Shown here: piece after piece, positions 1-13,900 of the stretch
Layout of the letters: the number at the start of each line of letters is the position of its first letter
How positions within the stretch are numbered: position 1 is the stretch's first letter
Assembly (NCBI GenBank): GCA_040954595.2
Contig: CM082580.2
Span: forward strand, 12,042,909 to 12,106,908
Source: Balanoglossus misakiensis
Lineage: Eukaryota > Animalia > Hemichordata
Direction: 5' to 3'
DNA length: 64,000 nt
Translations under genes and position numbers: made by a program
Notes under the pieces: generated by a model
Database searches by the model: none
Told to the model about the DNA's origin: nothing
Seen by the model: the letters and a program-made list of their open reading frames with translations, nothing else

Positions 1-1373
1 TCACACAGTATGTTCATCGCTGCTGAAAGTGACTGAAATGATCTTGCTACGAGTAGACAAAGTGCCTAGCTTTGTCCTGAGAATCACTCACAAAAAATCA
101 ACTTATTTGCTCTAAAATCAATTTGCTGAATCCCGTCATGAGTCTATAGATCAATATGTTGGTTTTCTTTCGATTGACATAGTGAAACATAGACGAGTCA
201 ATACTCAACTCATTTGCCTTACACATATGGAAGCCCAGTGTAGGTGACCCCCAACAGGAACGAAAATGTTTCTTAATTCTATCCAGTTTTCCGGTTATAC
301 ATGTTTAAAATTTCAGACAAATTTACTGGCTGGAGTGGGGCAAGATTGCTGTCTCCACTTGGAAATGTAGCACTGATTGATTCTGTCAGATGGTTGTCAA
401 TGAATTAATCAATGACGTTGTGTTATGCTACGGCATTTTTTTCAAATGACGTCTCGGGGAGGGTAAAGTTACAAATGACTTCATTCACTTATATACACAT
501 ATATATCTGTCAGAAGTCTGACTATGTGAAAGTATTGATGTGATCTTCTGTGGCTTCAGCATCAAGCTCAAAAGTTGAATATATGATAGCATCCTGAAAA
601 AGCTTTTTTTTGCTAAAAGAAACTTTCAAAATGATTTTAAATAACCCTGCGAGAGAAACGTAATAAACTCTTGCCCACCATGGACGGGATATGTGTTGCT
701 GTACAAGGGTCAAAGCGTGTGTGTGCCGTGGCATAACGTGCAGAAATGACAGCTGGGGGACCACTTCGAACATGCTGCTTGTCAGTGATGCTGGAATAAT
801 TATTTGTAAATTGGCAATACAGTAGTCTGTCTAAATATGGTTCTGAAGCGAAAAGCAGCATGTGAGGTCTTGGAGATTCTGTCTTTTCTGATAATGACCA
901 GCAACATGCAAAATTCTACCTCGTGCTGATTGCGAATTTTTTTTAAAAAGAACTTTTATCAATCTCTACATCTATTGATGCTTTTGAGTTGAACAAAATA
1001 TTGCTCCAGGGTACAATCCAGAAGTAATGTTTTACAATTCAATTTCAGCTATTTAGGACGACGCCTTCTATGTATACAAAGAGTCCGATTTCTCAAAATT
1101 CCAAAGTTGTTTATAGATAACATTGTATGTGTCGGTACATATGTTATTTGTGTATACGCAAGAAATACAACAAATTACTGAAAACAATGCAGTAACGAAG
1201 ACGATAGGCGTGATGGAGGAGTGACCCCAATTACCACTGTTGACTTCACAGACCTGTAACTTCATATATTGTACTAACATGCCAATCACAGACATTCTTA
1301 TGAATTAAATTAAAACAAAAATGTCAATGCCAATTGCAATGCCAATTGCAAATTGGCAAAATATTTTTGTTCA

Positions 1374-1431
1374 AGATCAACACAAATACAAACAGTGATT
1401 CTAGATCAACACAAATACAAACAGTGATTCT
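1374..1431. repeat. Perfect 29-bp tandem duplication (AGATCAACACAAATACAAACAGTGATTCT x2)
   Basis: Two adjacent identical copies at 1374-1402 and 1403-1431. Confidence 0.9.
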
Positions 1432-1977
1432 GAGGCAGAACCAATACGAAAGTGGTCAGTAGAAACTGAATTAGTGAATTATATTGCTTTGTGTTATTTG
1501 CTAAATTTGTACTCTCAGTGATTAATTTGACTTGTTCCGATCAGTTCCATCCGTTGAAATCCCTAGGATATAAAGCTGATAAGCCCAATTTATTTATTTC
1601 TCTGCCAGAATAAAACCGCTTTACATTGGCATGGCACCAAGCTGCAAAACTTCCCATCTTTCACGGCGGCAAAAATGTGCCGGTCGCTTTCAAGTGAAGC
1701 CTGCAAATGTTCAAGACGTCACATGTCAAGCATGCAATGTCCCATAAAAACCAATGTACAGATGTTATGGCTAACATCAATGTTTGGCAAGGCATTCCGT
1801 GTATTCATAATAAATTGTCCTTGTAAAGTTTAGACAGGGGACACCCTGGCTACTGAATTTGCTCACTACAGAAACTGTTATAATTACTCTTTTATGGCAG
1901 TGTATCACGTTTTTTAACAAATTTTCGCTGTCATTAGCTCCAGTTATGTATTGTCATTGAATTTTTCTTTGTTTCAG

Positions 1978-4900
1978 ATTATAGTTGACAAGACTGTGTC
2001 GAATGTCACCTTGAACTTGAAAGATGGCGAGTCATACTACAACCCACTTGACTTCTACCATACTGTGGGTTTTGTCGTTTCCTTGGTGACAGCCCACCGC
2101 GGGGACACCACGATGCATGTGGACTTCGGCGATGGCCAGTTGTATGAGCACATCCTGGATGACGCCAACATGACCGTGGTTGGCATGCACGACCCAGCCC
2201 ATCTCCACGTAGTTTCCAATTACGGTATTGGGTGCAACCTGAATCTCATGTTTGATCACACGTACGATGTGCCTGGAAGTTTCAATGTGACCGTGACGGT
2301 AGAAAGTGACTACGACGACACACAAATTGTCCGTCTGCTGCGACCCATCGTGGTCCAGGATATCATCCTGCAGCCTCTGATCATCTGCGATCCTGTCCTT
2401 GACATCAACAAGCCTGCAAACTTTACCGTCCAGGTTTTCTCTGAGACTGATCACATGTTGTACAAGTGGCAGGTCTCTGCAGAAACCGTCAACGTCTCGT
2501 ACTCAGTCGAGCAGACCACGGACATCTTTACATACACTTTTACAAAACCAGACCTGTACTTAATAAGCGTTAACGTCTCAAACCTTGTGAGTTATGCAGT
2601 TGTTGATTACGAAGTGATAGTGGAGGAAGCTATAGATGAATTTCATGTGGACATTGATGGCCCCGAAGTGGTCATGACGGGAGACTTGGTATCTGTAGTG
2701 GCTTATGTGAAAAGAGGTACAGACGTGTATTTTGTGTGGGACTTTGGTAGCTACGAGTTCGACCAGCCAGAAACTGAACTCCTGTATTCAGACGGTTTTG
2801 CGGCTATCCAGAGAGCCAATTACACGTACTCTTCGAGCGGCAGGTACGACTTGGTAGTCACGGCTGAAAATTACATCAGCACCCGACAGAAAATCCTGGA
2901 AGAGCAGTTCATCGTGCAGGATCCTGTTGCGGGCTTGCTGCTCCAGGGAGGACAAGCAACCTTGCTTGGTAACGCCACGGAAATCACCGTATCTGTGTCT
3001 GAGGGAACCGATGTCATGTATGATATAGATGTTGGGAGAGGACGGGAAGCAGCACAGGGATTCATGAACAGCGAGGATTTGTACACTCTCAAATATACTT
3101 TCAACTCCTCTGGAGTGCACAGAGTTGCAGTTTATGCGTACAATAATATTTCTGTGGAATCCAGCATGATTAACATCCTCGTCCAGCAAGACATCAGTGT
3201 AATTTCCATAGATGTGCCAGGAGTGGTTGTTCCGTATGAAGAGGTACCGTTAGTAGCTTTAGTAGATGGTAAGTAATAAACTGTTTGAATTTATCCAGAT
3301 CACAAACCTCCAGGATTGCTTTTACTAAATGATTTGCTAAATTGATGTAACTTCCAGTTTAGCCAAACTTGCAAAATACCAATGGTTACTGGAAGAGTCA
3401 AAATACTGATCATTCAAAGTGTTTTGTTTACAGGTGAAATTCCAACACGCAATGATCTGATGTACACATGGACATTTGGGGAGAAGATGGTGAAAACATC
3501 GGTACCAGTCATTGGCCATGTGTTCTCCAATGATACCAGTCACAGTGTCATTCTGACAGTCAACAACTTTGGTAAGTTTGATGTTTGACGAACAGTAAAC
3601 ATGGCTTAGCGTCAAGTATGGATTCAGTCAATGTCGTGAAATCTCAAACTGTCTAATAATCAAGCTGTAAACTGTTGCTTGTTCAGCTTCCAGTGTTTAT
3701 TACATTCCTGGGGCTGAAATATGTCATGTTCCCCTTATGCCTTGGTAGGTAAATGAATAAATCAAATCCGTGGAATTCTGCAAAATGGGCGAAATGTTTT
3801 TGATGTCAGTAGTCAGTACGGCACTAAAACAGATACGGTACAACAGACTCCCAGATTCGTAGACCTATAGCTGCATTAGAACATATTACTGCCATGATTG
3901 CATTAAAGTAGGCTTTGGGGCTATAAGCACTGACACTTGTGATACAAGACTCTTGAAAAGTTTGACTCGTATTGATAAAGGCAGTGATGATAAAGTAATG
4001 TGGCAGTGATGGCAGTTTGTGAACTGTAAGATGCAAACCCCAAGTGTGGTCAGTTCATGACACGTGCCAAGTACGGTTCTCAGACCTGATGTGTGTGTTC
4101 TCCCTTCCAGTTGCCAGGAAAACTAGCGATGTTGACTTCAGCGTCACTTTGACTCCCAGCCTCTACCTCGTACATGCCGTGACCTCAAGAGTGGGTCAGC
4201 CAACTGTGTTTACCCTGAAGGTGAGTTACAACTTTGCTCTTCCAGCTGGGAAGCCGGGGGAGTCGGGGGGGGGGGGGGAGCCTGGCCTTGGAATGGACGC
4301 CAGGCACCACTCTCCGACCCCAGTCACTCCCAGCCCTTCAGAACAGCTCTGGTTTATGACCACAAATAAATACAGAATGAAAAACAACGTGCATTTCACA
4401 TTAATTACCATGGTTTGATTTCTCCTTAAGTCATTAAAACTTTGGGGGTGCCAGACCACACCCTGTGTCTAAATCAGCTATTTGGCCCGTACGTCTTTGC
4501 ATGATATACAGGGGGCATTAGTCAAATGATTGCGTGAGAAGTTTGTTGAAACAGTCTCGTACACTTCACATAAATTTCACACTTGAAGCTGTACACAGAG
4601 TTTATGTTCTAATAGGCGAATTTAATGATTTATCTGCTAGTATATAGTCCAGAGTAACCTATAGTTCTGGTGTTGTGAAAATTGAAACATTAGCAACGGG
4701 CAAGACGACTTGGCAGAGTGACAAGCAAACATTCTCAGCAGATAATTTACATATTTGGTCTGCTGTTCACCAATTGGCTAAAAGTTCTCAGATGATCATT
4801 TGCATAACTGAGAATTGCCTGCTAATTTGCTGAAAGTTCTCAACTGATAATTTGTAGCCTCCCTGTGTGCTGACCTCAGAAACTTGCTCTTTTTGAAAAG

Positions 4901-7900
4901 GCTGTTGCGTTTTCACATAAACCACAGCAGATAAGTGTCTGTGTGAGTGACAAAAAGTATGTGTGTGGTAAACCATAAATTACTTGGCCAACACTCTTGT
5001 AGTGTTTGTTGTGACTTTATCGCCTAAACTTGGATAAATTATTGGCTTCACAAAACAGAAGCCCAAACACACCCAACATTAAAACTCCTCATTGACTGGT
5101 TAGAAACATTCCATGCAGTGTTTCCTGCACACAATCAAGGTTTAATGTGTTTGTTGAGGATAGTAAGCTATTAGCCCGAACTTCCTGAAATTTTCTGTCT
5201 GTGACGAGTGATAAAGTTTGCCTTGTAACATCTACACTATTCCTGATGTTAGAAAGTTGTGTGAAATATCAACAGGAGTGTTTTTGAATTTTTGAATCTT
5301 CGTAATGTATCCAAATTGATATGAAAGGTTGTTTTTTGTACAAAGTGTGGTATGTGTTCTTCTGTAAGGAGGAGCATTTGCACGTGTGTGTACATAGAAG
5401 AGTAACATGTTGTGTGACTATCTTTTGTCGTTGTTAGCGGTGTCTGTCAGTAAAATATGTAGAACAAGAAGTGCCATACTACTTGAGCTAAAAACATGTG
5501 AGATGTGTCATACTGTGATTTTAGTGTGTCCTAAAACCAAAGTGCCAAGATTGTTAATAAGGTTGTTTTCTCTTCTGTGTAGATGTCAGACTCTAAAGCA
5601 GTATCCATCACTGTTGACTATGGCGATGGTACCATTGAGAATATCTCCAGCAGTTCAGCTGTCACCGAGTACACATGGAACTATGAATATTCTGCCACGG
5701 GTGTTTATCAGATCAGTCTGAGTGTATCAGATGGCAGTACAACCACTCTATTGAACACCGTGGCAAGTAAACAAGAAGTTATCTCAGACCTGGAACTTAC
5801 AGGTCCCACTGATGTCAAGTTTTACAGGTAAGTTGGCTGATTCCAACATATGAGCTGTCATCATTGCTTTCATTGATTCTACCGGTACTGAGAGTTTGGT
5901 TGCCGATGACATCTGTTGACTGGCAGTTCAATATATAAGCAGCTGATTTCAAACTTACTCTTTCTTTTTTTCAGACCTTTCAAAGTTCTTAACTGGGTAG
6001 CTGCCACAGATAATGGCACAGCAGTTATGTATGAGTGGACTGTTGACCCACTCTACATTGACACAGATGCCTACCATGTGAATGTATTGCCACAAACATG
6101 GACAACCACATATAAATGGGTAAGTCTCTCATTATACTCACACAATGTGTCTCAGTGTTGTGGAATGTGTTGTTTGGTCTGATGTTAAAAAACTTGGGTG
6201 ATGGATAAAATAAGATAAGTAAGTGAATTTAAAAAAAACAATTGTTATATATGCTTGTTATTACTTTGTATTTTCAGAGAAGTGGAGCGTTCAGTACTCC
6301 TGGAATTTACAATGTGTCTGTGACAGCCTCCAATACCCTCAGTCAAATCTCTGCTTCCATGGTAACGGTCCTCCAAGATCCAATCATAGACTTTGATGTT
6401 TCCGTGGAGACTGCGCTGCTAGGAGACCCATCCACTTTCATCATCAGCATCCAGGGAGGGAAACACTTCGATCTCGATGTGGATTTCGGAGATGGTGACT
6501 TTGTCTGGTTGTCAACAGAAAGTAACAATCTGACCGAAACTGCAGACTACAGCCAAGTTGTGCCCAGATACATATATCGTGTCGAGAAACATTACAGCAG
6601 CATTAGACAGTTCACATGTAATGTTAGTGTAACAAATCAGGTGTCTGCAGTCACCAAGTCTGTGGTTGCGTTCGTGGAGGAACCTATCACTGGATTGACC
6701 TTAGAAGCCGATAAGATGGGTGTCTTTGCGAGGTTTGAAAGGCTGTTGATGGTGGCAGAAATTGCATCGGGTACAGATGTGGTGTTCACATGGAACTTCA
6801 ATGATCAAAGTGGACAGACAGATGTACAGACGTAAGTGGCTCACCCATGTATTCAAAACATTTCTAGGAAATTAGTGTTTCTTTTTAGTTTTGGTGATCC
6901 AAATCACAGAATTGTTGTTCAAATACATAGCATATCTATAGAAATCTGAAATTGGTACTTTTTTCTCTCTTTCTTTCACTTTTTGGAACAGGATTGGTAA
7001 CATGAGCATAGCAGAGCACATGTTCTCAGCTGCTGGTGTATACAATGTATCAGTTGGTGTTCAGAATCCACTTTACTCTGAACCAATCACATTGCAGTAT
7101 CCACATAGCTTCACTGTGCAAGAGGAAATCTATCATCTAGACATGTACCCGCTGACTAACATGTACTTTGCCACCTTGGAGTTGACAAGCTCTGGGAATT
7201 ACTCCACTGAGGAAGTGGTTTTTGACATTTTCTGCTATGGTTCACCCGTGACGTTTGAAGTTGACTATGGTGATGGCTCACCCAACCAGATTATAGAAGG
7301 AGAAATTTCAATGTTTGGAGAAGCAGTTGTCCTTGGAACGCACGTATACACCAAAGGTAATTAAATCAAATGAAAGTCTTCATTCCAAGAATGCTGTTTA
7401 AACTGTGTTCATTGAATTTAGATTACCCGGTATTTAAGATTTCATGATGCATAATAATCTGTTTTGGTTTTCAGTCGGTAACTACACAGTTTGTGTGACG
7501 GCCAGTAACCAACTTGGTAATGAATCCTTTTGCTTGGATTCGCTGTTCTATGTACAAACGCCACCCCATGCGCTGACTACTGATCATTCTCACCTCGTGA
7601 CTACATTTGGGAATGATACAACTATTGAGGTACACCTACAGGCTGGTACTGATGTCCAGTTTGATTGGTCCATGGGAGACCAAACTGTGTATATCGATGC
7701 AGGTGAGTGTGTTATGGAATATACACCTTGTACCAATCAGAATCCTTGTTACAGTAGATCGTTGACAACAATGCGCCCTAACCGTAACTTGACTAACTGT
7801 ATCAATTATTTTGCAGGGCAAAGTGTGACACACAGATATTTAAGTCCTGGTATGTATGTAGTGACTATTGAAGCCTTTAATATGGTCCACCATCTCATCC

Positions 7901-10900
7901 ATCAAGTCTATGTTGCTGTTCAGAACCCAGTACAAGGTTAGTGATCACCTTTCAGAATCCTGAACAATTCCCATGAAAAGGCCACCTGTCTATAAAGGCC
8001 ACTTAAGCAAAGTCACATGACCGGCCACTATAGGCAGGTTGGACTGTAATTTGTTTTCTGACTCAAAATGTTCTGCGTGATGTTGTTGCAGGAGCGGAGG
8101 TACAGGTGGAAAGTCAGCTGCAGAAGACCGGCACCCCCGTAGTGTTCTCAGTGGTGACGTTAACTGAGTCTGCGTTGGAATACGAATGGGACATGGGTGA
8201 TGGCAAAGGCACATCAGTGACATACATCAAACAGAAAACGTACACATACACTCAACCAGGAACGTACGTAAAGTTTTATTTCTCTGATAATTTCTGATTA
8301 GGGATCCAAATAGTTGGCTAGTGGATATGTATACTATCTGTGAAAGAGATGTATTAGTGAAAGAGAGAGGTGAATGATTGAAAACGTAAAGTACCATTTC
8401 CACTTTATCACAAAAAATGTTTTCTTATTCAGGTTTCCAGTGACTGTAACCGCCATCAATGACATCAGTAGAGTGACCTCTGCACCAATAGAAATGGAGA
8501 TTCAAACAGTGATAGAAGATCTGACAATTCTGATTTTGAGTGATAGTAACCCTACTCTGATTGGCCAAACAACTGAGCTCTATCCGTCGTTCCTTGCTGG
8601 CAGTGATATGACTTTTGAATGGGACTTTGGTGACAATCAAACTCTAGTGACAACTGATTCATTCATTTCACATCAGTACACAAGGTATTAGTTGCTGTTG
8701 TTAAGATTAATCTTGAGCTATTTGACTTGTCTATTTTGCAAAGCAAATAACTGGTGTCTTTGAATAGTTTGTGACTATCTGTTTGTCAAAGTTCAGATAT
8801 AAGTTCGCTTTTTGAAAATTAATTAAGAGGAAATCTAGATCTGAATATGTTGTGACAACATGCATGAGTGTCGCCATGCATTGAATGAATTTGTGACTAT
8901 TTTGTCCGTTTCAGTATTGGTGAATACCTGGTACAATTATTTGTGAGTAACAGTGTCAGCAATGCCACTGCAGAAACAACTTTATTTGTCCTGGAAGAGA
9001 TGTGCCGACCACCGGAGTTGAAGATATTCAACACTCATCCACAGGTAAGAGTTATCTTCGGAGTTGGTGTCAATAGACAAAATATAAAATCACTCAGTCT
9101 TAGTCACCATGGGAAATTGTTGTATATACGCCCATGATTTCTTGAGATAGGGCACCTTAGTGAGAGTTGAGCTGGCTTCTTTTGCACACAGGTGGTGAGA
9201 TGGAAAGATCTGCAGCTAGAAGTTGATGTCATCATTGACTGTGAAGTGACGGCTCTGACAACATACAGGTGGTTCATTTACAAAGATGGCTATGCAGTGG
9301 AACTGACTGATGAGCAGACTGTGGTGGACCAGAGAACTTTGTTTATTCCCAGTAGAACGTTAGACTATGGAACATACAACCTAGAATTAGAGGTAAGGAA
9401 GATAACAATTAGTGATGTGATTGACAGAAAATCTGGGTTGACATCAAGCTGTCTTCTTTATTGAGTGAACTCTTGTGAAGTTGTCACTGTTTTCAATATT
9501 TCTTTCTTATTAGTCAGAAGGCCACGTTTACCTCTATGTCTCCCCACAATCAGTGTATATCTCTCTAAAGAAACAGTCCATATCTGTTAAGCCCCTTGAC
9601 TAGTTTTTCCAAGAGATTATCATTCACATGGGATTAGCCGCTGCACAAACATTGCATGGTCAGCTGACCCAGCTGGCTTTCATGTGAATGCTAATGATAG
9701 TTATAAAATTGCTGCATTCGACTTGATTGACAGGTGAGAATGAATGGTACTATAGTATACTCCAAAGCAGATACAACTATCGAAGTGCTGCCATCGTCAT
9801 TGGTTGCTGTAATAGCAGGTGGTACAAGTCGTATGATTGGTAGTAACGTCACAGTTGTACTCGACGGTGATGTTTCTTATGATCCTGATTTTCCCGATGA
9901 AGATAGTCTCAGGTGAGATGAATGTTGTCATGATTTGAAGAATTAGAACTACTTTGCCAAAATCTCTGAGTAAGAAATGCTGTGCATGGAGCTAGCATTT
10001 GAGCTTCACCCTGACAATAATTCCTTTTATTAAAAATTCAACAGTTACAACTGGACCTGCAACCTTCTGAGCTCGCCAACAGTTGGATGCTTTGATGACG
10101 AAGCTCTGGGGAATATGTCGTCTCCCTTGGATACCAATTCTAGCATCCTGACCTTCCCAAGCTCGCTGCTGAAACAAGATGCTACGATAGCGTTTGTCTT
10201 TTGGTTGAGAGTTGGTAAAGAAGGCAGAAGTGATGTGTACATAAGCCAGGTCTTAGAGATAGGGCCTGGACGACCATTAGAGTAAGTAGGAGTTAATCTG
10301 CAGAGACTTCCCCCAGACACATTTCAATAAACTTGATTTTGTTTGTAATTTGAGGATTTGGTTATTCATTCTTCTGATGAGTTCCAAGACCATCCACTTT
10401 GAATAAATTGATTTTGTGACACTAATCCTGTAATGTTCTCTTCTCTTCTCGTCACAGAGCAAGTCTTGACTGTCCACAGTGTGCTACTGAAGTGAATTCC
10501 AACAACCAGATCACTTTCACTGCAGCCTGTGATGATTGTTATGAGGATGTCACATATAGTTGGGAGTTGTTTGTTGTGTTGGACGGTAGTGGTACAAATA
10601 CTCTACCAGGTGAGTCACGTCTAAAATGTCTTGAAGGTTTTATACTGCGGTCTGCATCTTTAAATAGGATTGTTGTTGGTAACAACCAGAGATTGTCTTT
10701 TACATACATGTAGGAAAGACCCTGGGCTCTCAGATTGAATACAAATTCTGTTCTCATTACAGCATCCTACCGTTGTGTTGCTGCTGATGGTTCCGACTAC
10801 ATACAGTTCTTGATTAGCCCGAATAACACCGAAACAACTTCTGTTGTGGCTACAACAGTATCAAATAACATAGGTATGTAGTGAAATTATTTAGTATGCA

Positions 10901-13900
10901 TTTATGATTGCAGCCAGAGTTCATCCTGCTTTCAAGATGAATTGTGCATCCAGGGTCCCACTTATTCACTTGGCACACCTTGTCAAATTTCAGCCACAGC
11001 TTCTATCAGTAGTAGATTAGATCTTGATAGGTCTTTTGCTATGTTTTGCCTCTTCTTTTCAACTCATTTCTGCTATAAATTCTAACTTTCCAACAGACAC
11101 TAACCCACAATATAACTCAGGTTCTGAACAGGACTCCAGTGATCTCATCTCCAACGTCATCCCAGTGGAAGACCCGGTTTCCAGAGATTACGATTCCCAA
11201 GGAGAATACGTCTATGAAGTTCCGGGCACAGCTGCACCCCAGCAGGATGACTTGGCTGAGGGCGATGCCAATGGAAGACAACCAGCCAGCAATACAGGGC
11301 AGACATTTGATTATGTGGAGGGAGATCTTACTGAAGGTGGAAGCACTGGACATAGAGGTCAGTTGCTCAGAGATATTTTGTTTTGAATTCTCACCATGGT
11401 TTTGCACATCAAGTGGATTTTCTTTTGTTTTTGGTATAGTCATTGCTTCATGTTTCTTTCTGTTGTACACTTGTAAAAATTGTTGTGCCCGTTACTATTT
11501 ACAGGATCGGGGGATTCCACTGGTACTGGAGAAGTTGTGGGTGAGGGTGAAGGCAACGGACGTGGAACAGGAAGTGGGACTGGCACTGAAGGTGAGATCC
11601 TTGACAGAGAGGTCGTTTGTTCACTCTGATCACATTCATGGATGCTTTATTTCTAGAATTTGCTCACGAAAAGGAACATCCAATTAAAGGTATAACAGAT
11701 AAAATTAATTGCATAATAATTTATGTCAATGCCAGGTGATACAACAGGTGGCAGTGAAAATGGCAACACTGAAAGCTCAGAAAATGGTGATGTAGACGGT
11801 GTGCGAGATGAAGATATCCCTTCAGTGCAAGAGGAACATTTGGTCAGCAAATTCACTCAGGAATTGTTGCTGCATGAAACACAGACGAGTACAGGATTGA
11901 ATGGGGAGTCGCTGGTCATCAAGGATGGTGTCTTTGACGAAGGCAGGACCTACTCACTGGCTGTGACCATGACTAGTTCAAGTAAGTTTATATCATAGTG
12001 TGAGTGTTCTTTCAGTGCATACCACCCTTGCAAAACCATTCTATAGATATCAGTAGAATTCTATAGCACATTAAATTTCTATAGAAGTTTACGGAATTTC
12101 TATAGACATCTATGGATTTCTATGTAGTTTTGGACTCGTTGAATTCTGTAGAAACAGCATAGATAACACACTGGTCTCTTGTATCCTTACTGTTGCTTGA
12201 TATCATTTCAGATGGCAAAGTTGAAAGGCAGGGTCTGGCGAACATCTACTTCAAAGTGAACACAGGTCCAATGTGGGGGAAGTGTATGGTTTCTCCAGGC
12301 AGTGGTGTTGAGATGGACACTGTGTTCAGTATTACGTGCCGAGAATGGACTGATGAAAACTTGCCACTCATGTATGAGATTAGCTACAGCATCGGGCAAG
12401 GGGCACCCCAAGAGTTGCTTTACTATGGCGTCAAGACCATCATTAGTTTTCAACTTCCTGCAGGAGATGTAAACGATGGTTATAATGGTAAGTTTTCACA
12501 ACTTCATCCGTCTGTTATTTCCTGCTTTTGTTCATTCAATTCATGCAGTGTGAACATCACATCATCATCACATATCTTTTGTTTAATTTAACATTTTTTA
12601 TACATTTTGATGAATACCCTGTTTACAGCATACCTACATATAGCAATAGTGGACAGCTTGGGTGGCAAGACTAAAGTCTGTTCCATGGCAGTACAGGTCA
12701 CTCCAAAACCACTTGATGGTTCAACATCAGCGGAGAATATTCTGTAAGTCAACATACATTGTATCTTCCATTCATTTGATATCAGCAACAAAAACTTTTG
12801 AACATAAATGACTATTACTTGACTGTGATTTTGGCCAGGATATGCTAGCCATACCAGCTTGTGAATGATGCTAACCACCAGTTTTTGATATCTTTGTTCC
12901 AACTACAGGCACGGCTACGTTGTTGGCAAAGAAAGTCAACTTTACATCTACATGCAGAATGGTGATGACCAGAGTGTCCAGCTCTATGTCAGAATGGTAT
13001 CTTCCATCATCAACAGATTAGAACCATTAGATCCGAGAAGCCTAAACTTTCAACTGGTATGTATTTCGTGTTCATTTCAGAAACTTTTTTCAAGTGCACA
13101 CAGGTTTGTGACAAAGTTGTGACTTTCTGCTGAGGGATAAACATTTGCTGTCATTTTCCTGCAGAATTTACAAACCAGGCAGGAGATACGGCTTGCGCTG
13201 CTCAGAGCTATCAACTTCTTGACTTTACGAGATGCCAATGATGTAATGCAGTATAGCATGATATTGGTGACAATCACAGCATCACCTGATGAGGTATGTA
13301 CAATGACTGTTTTTGCTGGCCGTATTTTACTTGTCAATTGTCCCCATTTCTCTCTCTATGGATTAATCCATGCCTTAGGGTTTAACCATTTAGTGACACT
13401 TCCAGAGTAAAACTTCATCTCTTCCTTCTATCGCCACAGCTGTCTGTAAAAGCAATGCTACTTGCTGCAGAATTGGTGGAAAAGATGACAGCAGTGGTCC
13501 TATCTGCCACTGACATTTCAAAGGATACAAGTGAGAATGTGCTCAATGCCATCGCAGCAGTCACCTCTAATCTCCTGAAAGCATCCAATGGAAATTATGC
13601 CGTCATGTCTCTGCTGAACAAGAAGATCATTACTGTCACCATCATCGATTCCACTACAGATTTGCTTACAGTAAGTTCTGATCTAAAAAATACCAATGTG
13701 ATTAATCCAAAATTCAGATAAATTGGTCTTCAGATAATCGGTGTTCAACTGTATATGTAGTAAGCAGAAACTGGTTCTTGTATGGAATTTTTCTTTATTT
13801 GTTTTTTGTGTAAAATGCACTAAGACGTGTGTAGTGCATTCTAAACAAATAAATAAATAAATAATAATAATAATGATATTTTTCAGTCTCATCAAAAATT

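Noticed and set aside
1-1950. Short minus-strand ORFs and possible upstream polycystin exons
   Set aside because: No recognisable domains or convincing phase-compatible exon; treated as intron.
2032-3189. Antisense ORFs of 133-140 aa over the large polycystin exon, and similar ones over KAT5 and the sulfatase
   Set aside because: Expected shadows of real coding sequence; no domain signal.
4250-4290. Poly-G run, a possible G-quadruplex; a similar run is at ~28635-28650
   Set aside because: Homopolymer G runs are common in such genomes and error-prone in length; there is no independent support for function.
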